Assembly: GCF_022539665.2 (NCBI RefSeq) | Contig: NC_081333.1 | Location: 9,176,001-9,240,000, forward strand | Direction of reading: 5' to 3' | Source of the DNA: Daphnia carinata | Lineage: Eukaryota | Length of the DNA stretch: 64,000 bases | Shown: one piece after another, positions 11,383 through 22,650 of the stretch | Layout: each line of letters opens with the position of its first letter | How positions within the stretch are numbered: the stretch's first letter is position 1 | Notes under the pieces: generated by a model | Told to the model about the DNA's origin: nothing | Seen by the model: only the letters and a program-made list of their open reading frames with translations | The model's database searches: none | Made by a program: the position numbers and the translations under genes

Positions 11383-12996
11383 TTAAATGATTCCGATCTT
11401 GTTGGCAACATCCAAGGCATCGTAGTCGGGCGCCAATCGTACGTAGGCTTTCTTCTGACCATCGGGGCGGTTAAGTGTGTTGACTTTAGCCACATCGATG
11501 TCGTACAATTTCTTGACAGATGAGCGGATCTGATGTTTGTTGCAGCGGGGATGGACGATAAAGACCAGTGTGTTGTTGTCTTCGATCTTCTTCATGGCCG
11601 ACTCAGTGGTAAGTGGGTGCTTGATGATATTGTAGGCATCCATCCTAAACGGAGATATGTCAATTAGCTTCACGTTTTATACACACCCATTTCTACAAAT
11701 GATTTGAAAGGTCAGTTAGTGTTTAATGGTTTGTCAATCATGATTTTCTGAGAGATTCCCACACAAAAGTTCATCATAAAACAAGTCACAGTAACATATA
11801 AACTACGTACTTGCTCCTCTTGGGCGCCGATTGCCTAGGGTATTTCGGGTTGCGGGGAGGTCGGAAAGTCTTGGGACGCCTGAATTGCACTGAAGTGCGG
11901 ATCTTCCTTGTTCGGGTTCCATGCAGGCCCTTGATAACCTGTGCGAAGAAAGAATCATTAAAAATAACTGCAGCATGATGTATCAAAAGCAGATTCATAA
12001 TCTGTCAGTTCGTGCAATTGTTGTCTTTTCACCTTCAATCAGAGAGATTCCCACACAAATATTCATCACAAAAATAATAGCTAACATACTAGTAAAGGCA
12101 CCCTCACCTTTCTCTGAGTGGACAAAGCTTTTGTGGCAGCAGTCTTGGCCTTAACAACTTTTCCACCAACAACACCCTTCTTCAAACCAGCCTTAGCAGC
12201 TCCTTTAGGGGCACCCTTTGCTGTCGTCTTAGCAGCAGCCTTTGATCCTGTTTTGGCTGGTGCCTTTGCTGCTGTTTTGGCAGCAGGTTTCTGGTTACCC
12301 TTTGCAGCTCCTTTGCCAGCAGCAGCTGGGACTTTAGCTTTAGCTCCAGCCTTTCCAGCAGCTCCTTTCGCAGCAGCTCCCTTGGCAGCGGGCTTAGCAG
12401 CAGCAGGCTTGGCAGCACCAGCTTTGGTTGCAATCTTCGGCGCAGCTGCAGGAGTTTTGGAACTACCTCCTTTAGGAGCAGCAGCTGGGGCTTTCGCTCC
12501 TGCTTTGGGGGCAGCAGCAGCCTTAGGTGCAGCAGCGGCAGCCTTAGGGGCAGCAGCAGCAGCCTTTGGGGCAGCCGCAGTCTTTGCGGCTTTGGGTGCA
12601 GGTCCAGCAGCTGCTGCTGGTTTGTCTGCTGGCTTCTTCTTGGGCTCAGCCTTAGCTCCACCTGCAGCAGCAGCAGCAGGGGCAGCCTTCTTCTCTTCCT
12701 TTGCTGAATTAGAATCAAGCGGTTAAATTACTTGCTAGTATGCGCTTGAACGATTATTTTAATTGCAATGAATGGTTATCGTTGAAGCACAATTGACAAT
12801 ACACGTGGTTTGACGGGACCAAGTCCTTATTGATTGGTATGATATCTAAATTTCATCACACTATTGAAAATGTCAATCAATGAAAACCACCAATTGCACT
12901 GCTATGACATGAAAGTAATTAGTTACTGAAATTAACATGTTACGTCAAGTAATATACGAAATTATTCTCACCGGGTGGCTTAGGTTTGGGCGCCAT
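11383..12996 (-). CDS. RpL23A: 60S ribosomal protein L23a (uL23), ~336 aa with Ala/Lys/Pro-rich N-terminal extension; exons 12996-12972, 12703-12108, 11938-11811, 11644-11383
   Basis: [13 protein letters not shown]...PKYPR...[23 protein letters not shown]...[23 protein letters not shown]. Splice phases are consistent across all four exons. Confidence 0.97.
11707..11782 (-). ncRNA. Intronic box C/D snoRNA (SNORD79/U79-like guide), copy 1, in RpL23A intron 3
   Basis: Minus strand: C box ATGATGA (11777-11771), guide GTGGGAATCTC (11762-11752), D' box CAGA, D box CTGA (11715-11712). The guide is complementary to conserved 28S rRNA GAGAUUCCCAC. Confidence 0.85.
12001..12074 (-). ncRNA. Intronic box C/D snoRNA (SNORD79/U79-like guide), copy 2, in RpL23A intron 2
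   Basis: Minus strand: C box GTGATGA (12069-12063), identical guide GTGGGAATCTC (12054-12044), D' box CTGA (12042-12039), D box CTGA (12008-12005). Confidence 0.88.
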
Positions 12997-13014
12997 GATG
13001 TATCCGTATGCAAG

Positions 13015-13034
13015 GACTGAGAGGAAAAAGAATT
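13015..13034 (-). promoter_or_regulatory. TCT initiator / 5'TOP pyrimidine tract of RpL23A
   Basis: Minus strand reads TTCTTTTTCCTCTCAG about 35 nt upstream of the ATG, typical of ribosomal protein gene start sites. Confidence 0.7.
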
Positions 13035-14070
13035 GAAGACTTGTACTACAATATGAAGAGGAGGAGTGGAAAAATGGGAAAAGAAAATGGCTGCCCTCGC
13101 AAGGGCACAAACTTTTTCTACTGAATCCCTAAACACACTTTTATATTAATTTAGGTTTGAAAAATCACAAAGAAAAATACGTTAGATTAAGCTGTATTAA
13201 ATTATTTAATGAACTAATTTTTCCGTTCATTTTAAATTTTTCGTCAAATTTATTAAACAAAACGCGCCTTTTACGCCAAATACCAAAATAATTGATCAAC
13301 GCATTCAATAAGTAATGAATGGCACGAATTGTAATGATGATCACAAGATCTATTTAGTCACAAAGCTACTGTGGGCAAGATTAGCAAATTCTACTTTGAT
13401 TTCAACAAAAGATTTCGTGCGAATGTGGCAAAACTACGTCAATGTGTCCAAGGGCTAAATTCTTGGCGCGAATTTACTAAGAGACTATATTTTTGTACCA
13501 TGCCATTTCTAAGGTAGTTATTCTGGTTCACATTCAAATGAATTTTTCATTGGTTTAACATTTTTACCCTTCACATCCCTAATTCCCCATTTCCAGCTTT
13601 TGCATTCCACGATTGTTCCTACAAATTTTTCTCTGCCAAAAAACGCAATATTTTTGAGGATTTTGAACATCTCTAACTGAAAACTGATTTTGTATTATCA
13701 GTATTCTAGGAATACCCAGCAATTATGAGGTTATTTTGTTGTGTGATAACTAAATTGAATTGTATTATTTTTCGATATATTGGGTTCCGATATGTTGGGT
13801 CGCATGCTGTCTGTATTTATCAAAACAAAACCACCCAACGGCGAAAGTTGGAACTGTGCTAATTTCAGTCATATGTCGGAGACGACTGCGATTTTTTTTG
13901 TCTTCCTTTTTTCAAGTTTTGAATCTTTTGGTTGCAGTTTTGTCTGTAGTCTTTTAACGTCTTTCTAACTATCTTGACTCTTCCTCTATGTTCTGTATCG
14001 AAATATTTGAACTCGTGTGATAGCCATTTTAAGTATTGACAGTTCGCTAACGAACAATTAACGCACAAAA

Positions 14071-15130
14071 ATGGCCAATCAGAAAATTATCAATTGTATT
14101 TCTAATAAAACATTTCATATTCTAAACTGTGCCTTCCTAATTGTAGTGCTCATCTTCCAATCTCTTGTTCTCAATACCTACATAATCTCCTACACGTGGA
14201 ATTGGGATCTTGCCAGTTACTTTTGGTTTCTTGGCGATCTTTTCTTGGCTGGTCTGTTTGTTGCCATGTCCATTAAGGCATATTCTTACCTGTCTGAACA
14301 AAAACTGCTGAAGAAAAATGAAGAACAACACAGTCTAACTCCAGTAATTATTATTTTGATTTCACAAGCTTTTTATATTTTATTTGCTTTGCTGTTATTA
14401 GGTTCGAAGTCCAGTAGGAAAAAGCATTCTTGGAGTTCTCCCTCTTTGCTATCTGGCATGGATTTGCTATGCCATTTGCCTAGTCACCAAAGTAGCCTTC
14501 ATATTCAAGTCTGAAATAATCAACACATTGAAATCTCAAGATGTCTTTGGTCCTCAATTGTTGAAGTTTACAATTTCGTCGTCAACTATTGTATTCATGT
14601 TATTGGTTGCCGCCCATCATGATTCAGAAAAAGATTCCCAGCGTGCTCTTGCCATCAAATCCATGTGCACTAATACGGCTTTCGAACTGCTAGATTCCGT
14701 TGCTTTCCTCAGTATTCTCATCATAAAAGAATCTCATCTCGCTGTTACTTACGACTTCGAAAATTTTGTTCTTGTTTTTGCATGCATAAATTTCTTCCTG
14801 CCAACTATCGCCCTCTATCAATATTCGTTGAGTGATTTTGGGCAATTAGAGAAACCACTTGATTTGAACGGTGTCTACCACCTCAGTCACATGTCTTTGG
14901 TTAACATCCCTTACTTAGCCGTTCGTATCTATTTGTGGTCGGGTTATGGATCTGATATTTCCCTTTTCGTCATGAAAAATATTTTTGGTATATTGTGGCA
15001 TATCAAAGACATTATCCCTGATTTCGTTCTGTTACATAAACAGTGCCAAGCTATGCGCGGCGGTGTCGTTCCCCATCGTAAAGTTGTCGTCGAATGCAAA
15101 GACGATGTTGTTGAACTCGAACAAATGTAA
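14071..15130 (+). CDS. Multi-pass membrane protein, TMEM121/CECR6-family-like; exons 14071-14343, 14402-15130
   Basis: A 58-nt GT-AG intron joins two ORFs in frame. Several hydrophobic helices; motifs GPQLLK, FELLDS, VNIPYLAVR, LFVMKN resemble the TMEM121/CECR6 family (family call from memory). Confidence 0.7.
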
Positions 15131-15599
15131 ATGACTGACACACTTATATCATATAACCTAATACTCTTAACCTTGGCCATCAACAGTGACAATATACATC
15201 TCAATCCAACATTGTACATTTTTTTTATTTCTTCGAAATATATTTTTTTCGTTTAGCAACGCACGAGTAACTAGTGGCGCTAGCGTATTTTATCGCTTTT
15301 TTTCTTATTTTAGTCGGTCAATCGGTCCACGCTATCATTTTGATAAATTTGCTTTTTACAGCCCTAAGTGAAGTGACATTTGGAGAAAAACAGTAGTGTA
15401 TATGATGGTTAGAGACTAGCCGGAAAAAGTATAATTCATAGAAACGCTTGGGGCAAGTAAATGTCATCCTAATCATCGTAAGTTTTTGAATGAAGGACAC
15501 TAGGTACAATCTGGCACTCTCCAACGAAGTCTCTTGTCGGCTACATCTGCAGCGTGGCCTTTCCAAGAACAAATACCGTCATTCAAACCTGATAACACC

Positions 15600-16171
15600 A
15601 TGAAATTTAGTAAGTAACGAGAATCAGAGTTTTTTAACATTCTGTTTACATTATCTATGCCTATCGAATTTTAATTATTTTTCGTTTGGTTCGTTCACAC
15701 GTGTTTCTGTCAGACAATGTATCGGCCATATTTCTAATGATAATGATGGTGGTGACAAATTTCTCCATTATTCGAGGTCAAATGGGTTACAATAGTAACT
15801 ACCAGTATGACGCACAGGCAGCATACAACTGTCAAAATAATTTTTACGGGTCGGCTCACAATTGTGGATATGGAACACGAAATCAAAATTGGTTTGGATC
15901 ATATTATTTAGGCAAAGCGAATCCATATGGGTTTGTTAGCACAATGCCATACGGTATGTAAATATTTGTGTTTCACGTTGTTTTGAACGTGAGGAAGAAT
16001 TGAGATCGTGTTGTGCAATTTATAGGTTATGGTTCAGGGGCCCAACCTTTCTTCTCAGATCCCTATTCGGGTGGATGGCCTGGCACCAGTTATGCCCCAG
16101 GTGGTTACCTCGGATCAGCCCTACCATACAACAACAATAACTTTTATCCAAATCCGAATGTTCGTTATTAA
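15600..16171 (+). CDS. Small secreted Gly/Tyr/Asn-rich protein (~131 aa); exons 15600-15609, 15714-15953, 16026-16171
   Basis: MKF micro-exon with GTAAGT donor, hydrophobic signal-like stretch (VSAIFLMIMMVVTNFSIIRG), then a low-complexity G/Y/N/P body with two Cys. Both joins are phase 1 and in frame. Confidence 0.75.
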
Positions 16172-16848
16172 TCGAATTTGTAGAACTTGTTACATATCGT
16201 AAAATTATTTCTATTTGTTTGGCAATGCACGAAGAACAAGAATTTCATATTCGTTTCCTTCAACTGTTTGAACATTTTTATTCAAACATACAGCCAATGT
16301 TTCAATGCGAATTGTTGGTTTAACAGAGATAGATGCAAAATTCCATACCTTTTAATAACTGCCTAGTTTAAAAGAAAATGTTTTAAGGCCGAAAATCTCT
16401 ATGATAATAGTGGAAAAATTTTTCGTGTTTGGTTTCCCTGAGGTTTCTCTAGCATGTCACCCTATTGTCCACGAGGTTTGGACTGCTCATCTGATTGGTG
16501 GCATTTTGTCCGCTAGAGGCGCAGTTGCCAAACGGGTTTGCTTACGTTTTCAGCCTACATGCTTTCTTGTTCATTTCAAAAGTTTTTCGAAAGAGCAAGA
16601 GATTGTTTTAAATTTGGTGGAGCATTGTACATTTTCATTTGCAATTTTGTAGTTGAAAGAGTGCAAAGTTAAAGAGAATATAGTGACAAAGTTATTTGGT
16701 TCTGGTAGTTACAGAAGGATAGCTTTTGAATTAATATTCACTAAACATCTCTTGACCAACCTGTGCTGAAACACTGTATTAAAATTCTAGAATGTTAAGA
16801 CACTGTTTGAAGGAGATATACATTTTTATTTTTACTTTGGAACAGAAA

Positions 16849-18719
16849 ATGCCTCCAAAAAGGAAACAACAAAAAGCCAATGGATTCATGATGTTCATGA
16901 TTGAAATGAGACCAAAATTGGAATCTGATGGCCACAAATTTCCTAATGGTTTGATGGATGTCCATCCGATTTGCACACCATTGTGGAATGTATGACTCTT
17001 AGTTAATACAGTTTTAGTTGCACATCACACAAAACCTCTCTTACAGAACCTGACCACCGAAGAAAAAGCAATTTATAACCAAAGAGCCAAAGGTGGCCCT
17101 ATGGTTAAAGAAGAAAAAATGGATTCCCTTGGAGTGCCATTGGCATGGAAGGAAAGGGAAGAACAAAAGAAAATAATAGAAAAAACTCAAGTTTTCCAGA
17201 AAATTGAAGATCTGGTTTCTTACTTTCATAGTCAAGGAAGTAGGTTTTTCAATATAATGTGTCTGACTTTTTTGTTAACATTTTGTTCTCATTAGCTCTT
17301 GAAAACCATTATTTTCATTTGGCTCATTTTAACATTGCTGTTGCCACTGATGAGGGAGAATATCCCCCTTGTGAACTTGCCATAGTCAAATTTTCATTGC
17401 TTGATGGAATAACTAGTACCATTCATGAATTTGTGGATCCAGGTAAAAATGAGGACCCATCTGTTCATTCATTATTTCACTTGATTTTAGTTCGTTTTAT
17501 TTGTTTATCTAAGTTTGGGTTTTGCTCTTTCGAATTAACAGGTCAACTTCGACTGGGCTACGCCTATGAGGCTGGCCTTCATTCGGAAAAAACGCACAAA
17601 ATTCCTGCTAATGGATTCAAACTATTCAATAAAAATTATGTTACCATCACCAACAACATAAAAAAAATTCTTCGGCAGTCGGTTAGTTTTAAAAGCCAAA
17701 TTTTTATCATGCTTCCTCTAAATCAGTTCTAAATTTTTAGGATGGTGGATTTGCCCCTCTATTTTTTGTTGATGAAGATATGACCAAAGCAGCCTATATT
17801 CTTGATTGGTTGATTGAAAAAAGCTGCCAGTTGGATCGTTCATATGATAGTTGCAACCCTTTTAAAATTTACAGCCTTAACAAGCTATTTTACGAATTAC
17901 GTCGCTACGCCGATTTAAAAGACCCACGATTAAAATTTACCAGCACAACTCAAGTAGCGGAATATTTTGGCAATGGGATATTCCAATTCAGCCCTAACAT
18001 GGCTTGTCAGGTAGTTATTTAGTATGATACATAGAGAAAATTTCAAGCAAAAAGTTTCCTTACAAAGCAAAATTTTTTACACAGTGGCACGAAGATGAGG
18101 ATAATGTCACCTTTTGTTCACTGACGCGAGTTCGAAACTATGCGTATACAATTTCTGATATGTGCTGCGAGCACTACGGTTTGACTTTGCTTCCCAATCG
18201 TCACATTCCAGCAAGTATTGCTGACGAATATCGATATGAGATTATGCCTAAAACTGAGAAAGTTAACCACCCACAGGTAAAAACAAACAAATTACAGACA
18301 GCATACATAGTTCAGCATAAACTTTTCGAACTTACGACACCTTTAGACATCAGACACGAAACAGGATGATAGAGACAAGCCCACCGATGTTGTGCCACGT
18401 ATGCCAAAATCGTTTTGTAAGGAAATTTCCACGTTACTCGTTATTTTATGTGTATGACTAGCCAACATTTAAGATTATTCATTTTTTGTTTGTTTTAGCC
18501 AAAGTTGTTATGCAAACCGTCGGGCCGCGTGTAGCTGCCAATTTTAGTTCGAAATCTCAAGACCCCAACGGTGTCATTCCTGGAGCGGGACGGGGTATTT
18601 TGGGATCGATGTATGCTCCAACTTTGGAACCTCAATTTCCAGGTCCCCCACTAGAAAGTGTAACGCCCACTCCAGCTGGAAGAGGTCGTGGCCGCGGATT
18701 CCTTTTAACAAGTGATTAA
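16849..18719 (+). CDS. mael: Maelstrom (piRNA pathway; HMG box + MAEL domain); 8 coding exons starting ~16849, 17047, 17296, 17542, 17741, 18085, 18347, 18499
   Basis: N-terminal HMG-like KANGFMMFM...PLWNNLTTEEKAIY; MAEL motifs YPPCELAIVKFSLLDGI, LGYAYEAGLHSEKTHKIP, ACQWHED...FCSL, MCCEHYGLTLLPNRHIP. All joins in frame. Confidence 0.92.
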
Positions 18720-18968
18720 GGGAGGATGAGTGTGTTAGAATTGTCGACAAATCTCGATTTCTTAGAAGCCACAAAGTTATTGCATCAAATTATTTTCGTT
18801 TCTTGTTTTCGGTCCGTCTGTTCAATTGATATGATACGGGGAATGTTAATTTGTCTTTCAAAATGTTGATTCAGAAATAAAAACCATGACATTTTCTGTT
18901 TTTTCCATATTTCCCATTTATTTGAAAAACTATGAGAAGTGTTCCAAATCCTTTACAATATAATTGAT

Positions 18969-21443
18969 TTATTTCATTAAAATGCTTACGACCGCCTTGA
19001 CATTCAGCGTCTTCAAGTCGGCATAAGTTTGGCCGGTGCCAATGAAGACGATGGGTTGCCCGGTTATGTAAGTCATCGAAATGGCAGCGCCGACCTGATA
19101 AAAACAAAATAATTTGATAACGAATGGTTCCACACAAAATAACGAATTACCTTATCGTCGATTGTGTCAAATTTAGTTAGAACGATTCCGTCGATAGTAT
19201 GCGGGTTTTCTGACGCAGAATAATCCGCTAAAGCCTGATTAAATTTGACAAGTTGGTCAACAGCTTCATTGCCGACTAGAGCTTCTCCGACGAAAAGAAC
19301 CAAATCCGGCTCATTCACTTTGATCAACTGAAATTTCAATGTTTCGTTGTTTATCAATAAACTGCTAAGAATCACAAGTAACAACTTACTTTCGCTAGTG
19401 CTCTCATTAGTGGTTCGTTATCTTGCATTCTTCCCGCAGTATCAATCATAACAACGTCGATACCGGCTTCTTGCGCATGGTTAATAGCCTCTAGGGCAAT
19501 TCCAGCAGCATCCTTTCCTACATGATATCAAGCAGAGTCAACAATGGAACAAGCTATTTTCATTAAAGAGAAAAATGTTTAATTACCATATCCTTTTTCA
19601 TACAGCTGGACCATGGGCAAACCGCCATGTTTTTCGGCAGGATGGAGAGAGTTCAAGTGGCGCATGTGAGTGCGGAGTTGCTCAACAGCACCAGCGCGAA
19701 ATGTATCACAAGCGGCTATCAAAACGCGAAAATTGTTTTCAACGAGCCAGAAGCAAATTTTGGCTAGATTAGTGGATTTTCCGACACCATTGACCCCACA
19801 GAAGGACATGACGTATGGACGCTTTTGTCGTTGGGATTCATAGACGTCACGCAAAATATCAACACGACGACGTGGAGACAAAATTTGCACTAACGACTCG
19901 GTGAGAGAAGCTTTAACAGTGTTTGCTAAGCTCTCAAAAGTTCCAAGCACCTTTTAATATGAATAGACACGATCAAGACAGATGACAGATGTACTAATAT
20001 TCGTCTAATTGACTAACCTTGCCATTAAGCTTTGCAGCCACCGAGTCGCACAATTTACCGGCAATCTCAGAGGCTACGTTCTTTGCAATTAGATGGTCGC
20101 GCATTTTGTCTAAGACAGGGGCCATGTCTTCCTCACTGATTGTTTTTGATCCTACCAAATTCCTGTCCGATAATGACTAATAACAACAGCCTCTTTGATC
20201 GGTATTTAATGGTAGGCATACTTGAACAGCGAAAATATTCCGGTCTTCTTTTTTTGTTGGCTAACTTGCTGAGGAACATAATCATTCTTTCCTCGTTCCT
20301 CTACATCTTCTTCTTCTTCCGATTCTGATTCAAAATCCATATCCCGAACTTCTCCTTGAAGTGTGCCAACGGCCTTTTGAGTAAAAAAGTAAGAAATAAA
20401 TGAAGTACTGTGCATGTCATAAGCATAACTTCAGACTGCAAAGTGTTACTTTAGGGTCAGGAAGATATACAGCTTGTTGTGGTAGTGGGCTCTCGCCGAG
20501 GTCTTTGTCTCTTGTATAGTCCAACGTCTCCATGTCTTTTGGAGCTCCTCCCAATGGCCATACTCGACTTTCTTTCGATTTCTTTGAGGCAGCTTTAGGA
20601 CTTTTTCTAAATTATAAAGCGCAAGAATCGTTACCGTAATGCGTAGGGTAGGATAAGCAACATGGAAAATTACAGCTTTTCAGTTGTTGGTTTGCTTTTG
20701 TTTTTTCCAGCTGCCATTTTTTCGGCAAACTCACGTCTTTTTTGCTGAATAAGATCCTCTTCGGACAATTCAACATTGATAGGTTCTGGAATTTTAACAT
20801 CAGGTACTTTGACTAGTAAGTTATGAAAACAAGATTATTATTGCTGTTCAAAACCATTAAGATAAAGAACCTACTTTCAACTTTTTTTACTTTTTTATTT
20901 TCTTTGTCATCTCCCTTTCGTTCAATCATTGAAGCCACAGTTTTCTTGGACTTTTGTGACTCCTCAAATGACTTCATTGCTCTGGGAGCTAGTGCCTGTG
21001 CCCTTCCCCATTCCTCAGCTGATTTCAGGATGCTGGTAAACATTTCGCTTATTTCAAAGTTCCTTCCAAATTGCTGCAGCTGTAGTTCATTCTTGTAAGC
21101 ATCTCGAAACTCCATATTGATATCATTTAAAAACTTGTCAACATACGACAGCTTTAAAATTTTCTGATAAGCCACAACATAAACCAATTCAAACTCATTA
21201 TCAAGTTTGTATTTTAGGGTCACGTTATCATGATCGTAGGACAATTGCCCTGTTCGCTCCTAATTAACATGGATAAATTTATATTGACAACATATGGTAC
21301 GAAGGTGAACAAGATAGGTAAAATACCTGCAGAATAACCGCTTTAATTAACGCATTCACCGAAGACGTGAATATCTGGGAAGTTCCTTGAAAGCACCATA
21401 ACACAATCCCTCCCTTGCTAAAAATCGAAAAAAAATCCAACAT
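18969..21443 (-). CDS. SRPRA: Signal recognition particle receptor subunit alpha; ~10 exons
   Basis: [16 protein letters not shown] longin N-terminus; GTPase motifs [49 protein letters not shown]. Splice phases checked by eye. Confidence 0.97.
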
Positions 21444-22091
21444 TTTCCTTTTTTAAGGCTGGTTCCAAATTTTTGAAAAAGCAATTTGTTCTAGTTTCTC
21501 CCGTCGTCTTTTGACTACTTTCTACACGTCACAACAATCAACGTTGTCAAATTGGTAATTGGATTAGCTGTCCGATTAGTTAAATTTGTACCTTTTCATA
21601 GAGAAAGGTGTGAAATGTTACGGTCAGAGGGAGGAAACCAGATTTTAATCGTTCTTTATGTCGTTTTACTTTTGATATGTAAAATAAGAAATGTCTTATA
21701 TTAATTTTATTTACTAAATGCCTTTCTCCATTTGTTAACAGATGGCAGACATAACAGATATTCAGTAAAACTGAAATACTTTAATTTTTATTGATTATGT
21801 TCACATGCCTAATATTAAAAAAAATGGCTCTTTGGTTTCATATGTTTTCGCGAATTTCCGCTACACCGGACGTATGACGTAACAATAAAATGTAATTAAA
21901 ACATGTGGCACATTGGCACAGGAAATGGATAGCAGACTACTTCAACAACTTTTAATCAATGTTGATAATACAACTTCACATGCTTCTTGGCATATGTTCA
22001 TTCTTGGACATAGTTGTTCTAAATGCAGCTGGGCAGGGCAAAAATATGATACACTATGACCACGGAGAATTGTCCGAATTCTGATGTTAAC

Positions 22092-22650
22092 TCAAGCCCA
22101 AAAAGCTGAATTGAAAGTCTTGGTACCTTTGAGGTTTTCTGGGACACTGCTGTGGTTGTAAATGCACTGCAATATAGATACAATATCATTTAGCTATAGA
22201 AGTGTATTTGAAGCAAGAAATGTTACATACATGCCTACAGGCATTTCCACAGCAAGAACCTCTCAGGAAGTGACGTAATCTTGTCATCACCTTCTTATTA
22301 AGGTTGGTATCATCATAAGTGAAATGACCATTCATAACTGCTTGTTTGTGAGTTTTAACTATTTCACTTTCAATTTTGTTCAGACGGTCCCAGTTAACCA
22401 ACTTGTCCCATTGTTTTTCAGCCTCAAGGAACTGATCCCTGGCTGCCTTTTGTCTTTCGTTCAGTTTTGCTGTCACATGCCTCCCAAGCAGACCAGATTG
22501 TTCCTCTTCAGGTAGGACACCATTTGACAAATACCTCATCTTCTCTAGCCTTGTGTTGTAGACTTGATAGTAACCGTTGCCTGGGGCGATTTGGTGCAAG
22601 GTGTTTCTTTGCATAAGAAGAATTCGTCCCGAGTGTTTGTTCAGCCTCAT
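22092..22650 (-). CDS. C1orf53-like (DUF5522) small protein; exons 22650-22231, 22166-22092
   Basis: HKQAV...FTYDD...VMTRLRHFLRGSCCGNACRH|CIYNH...FNSAFW matches the C1orf53-type cysteine motif. Basic N-terminus could be a mitochondrial presequence (inference). Confidence 0.8.

Noticed and set aside
12118..12726. 202-aa Ala-rich ORF on the + strand
   Set aside because: Antisense shadow of the low-complexity RpL23A exon 2.
12780..12860. Third C-box (GTGATGA, minus strand, 12859-12853) in RpL23A intron 1
   Set aside because: No downstream CTGA D box or recognisable rRNA guide; at most a decayed snoRNA.
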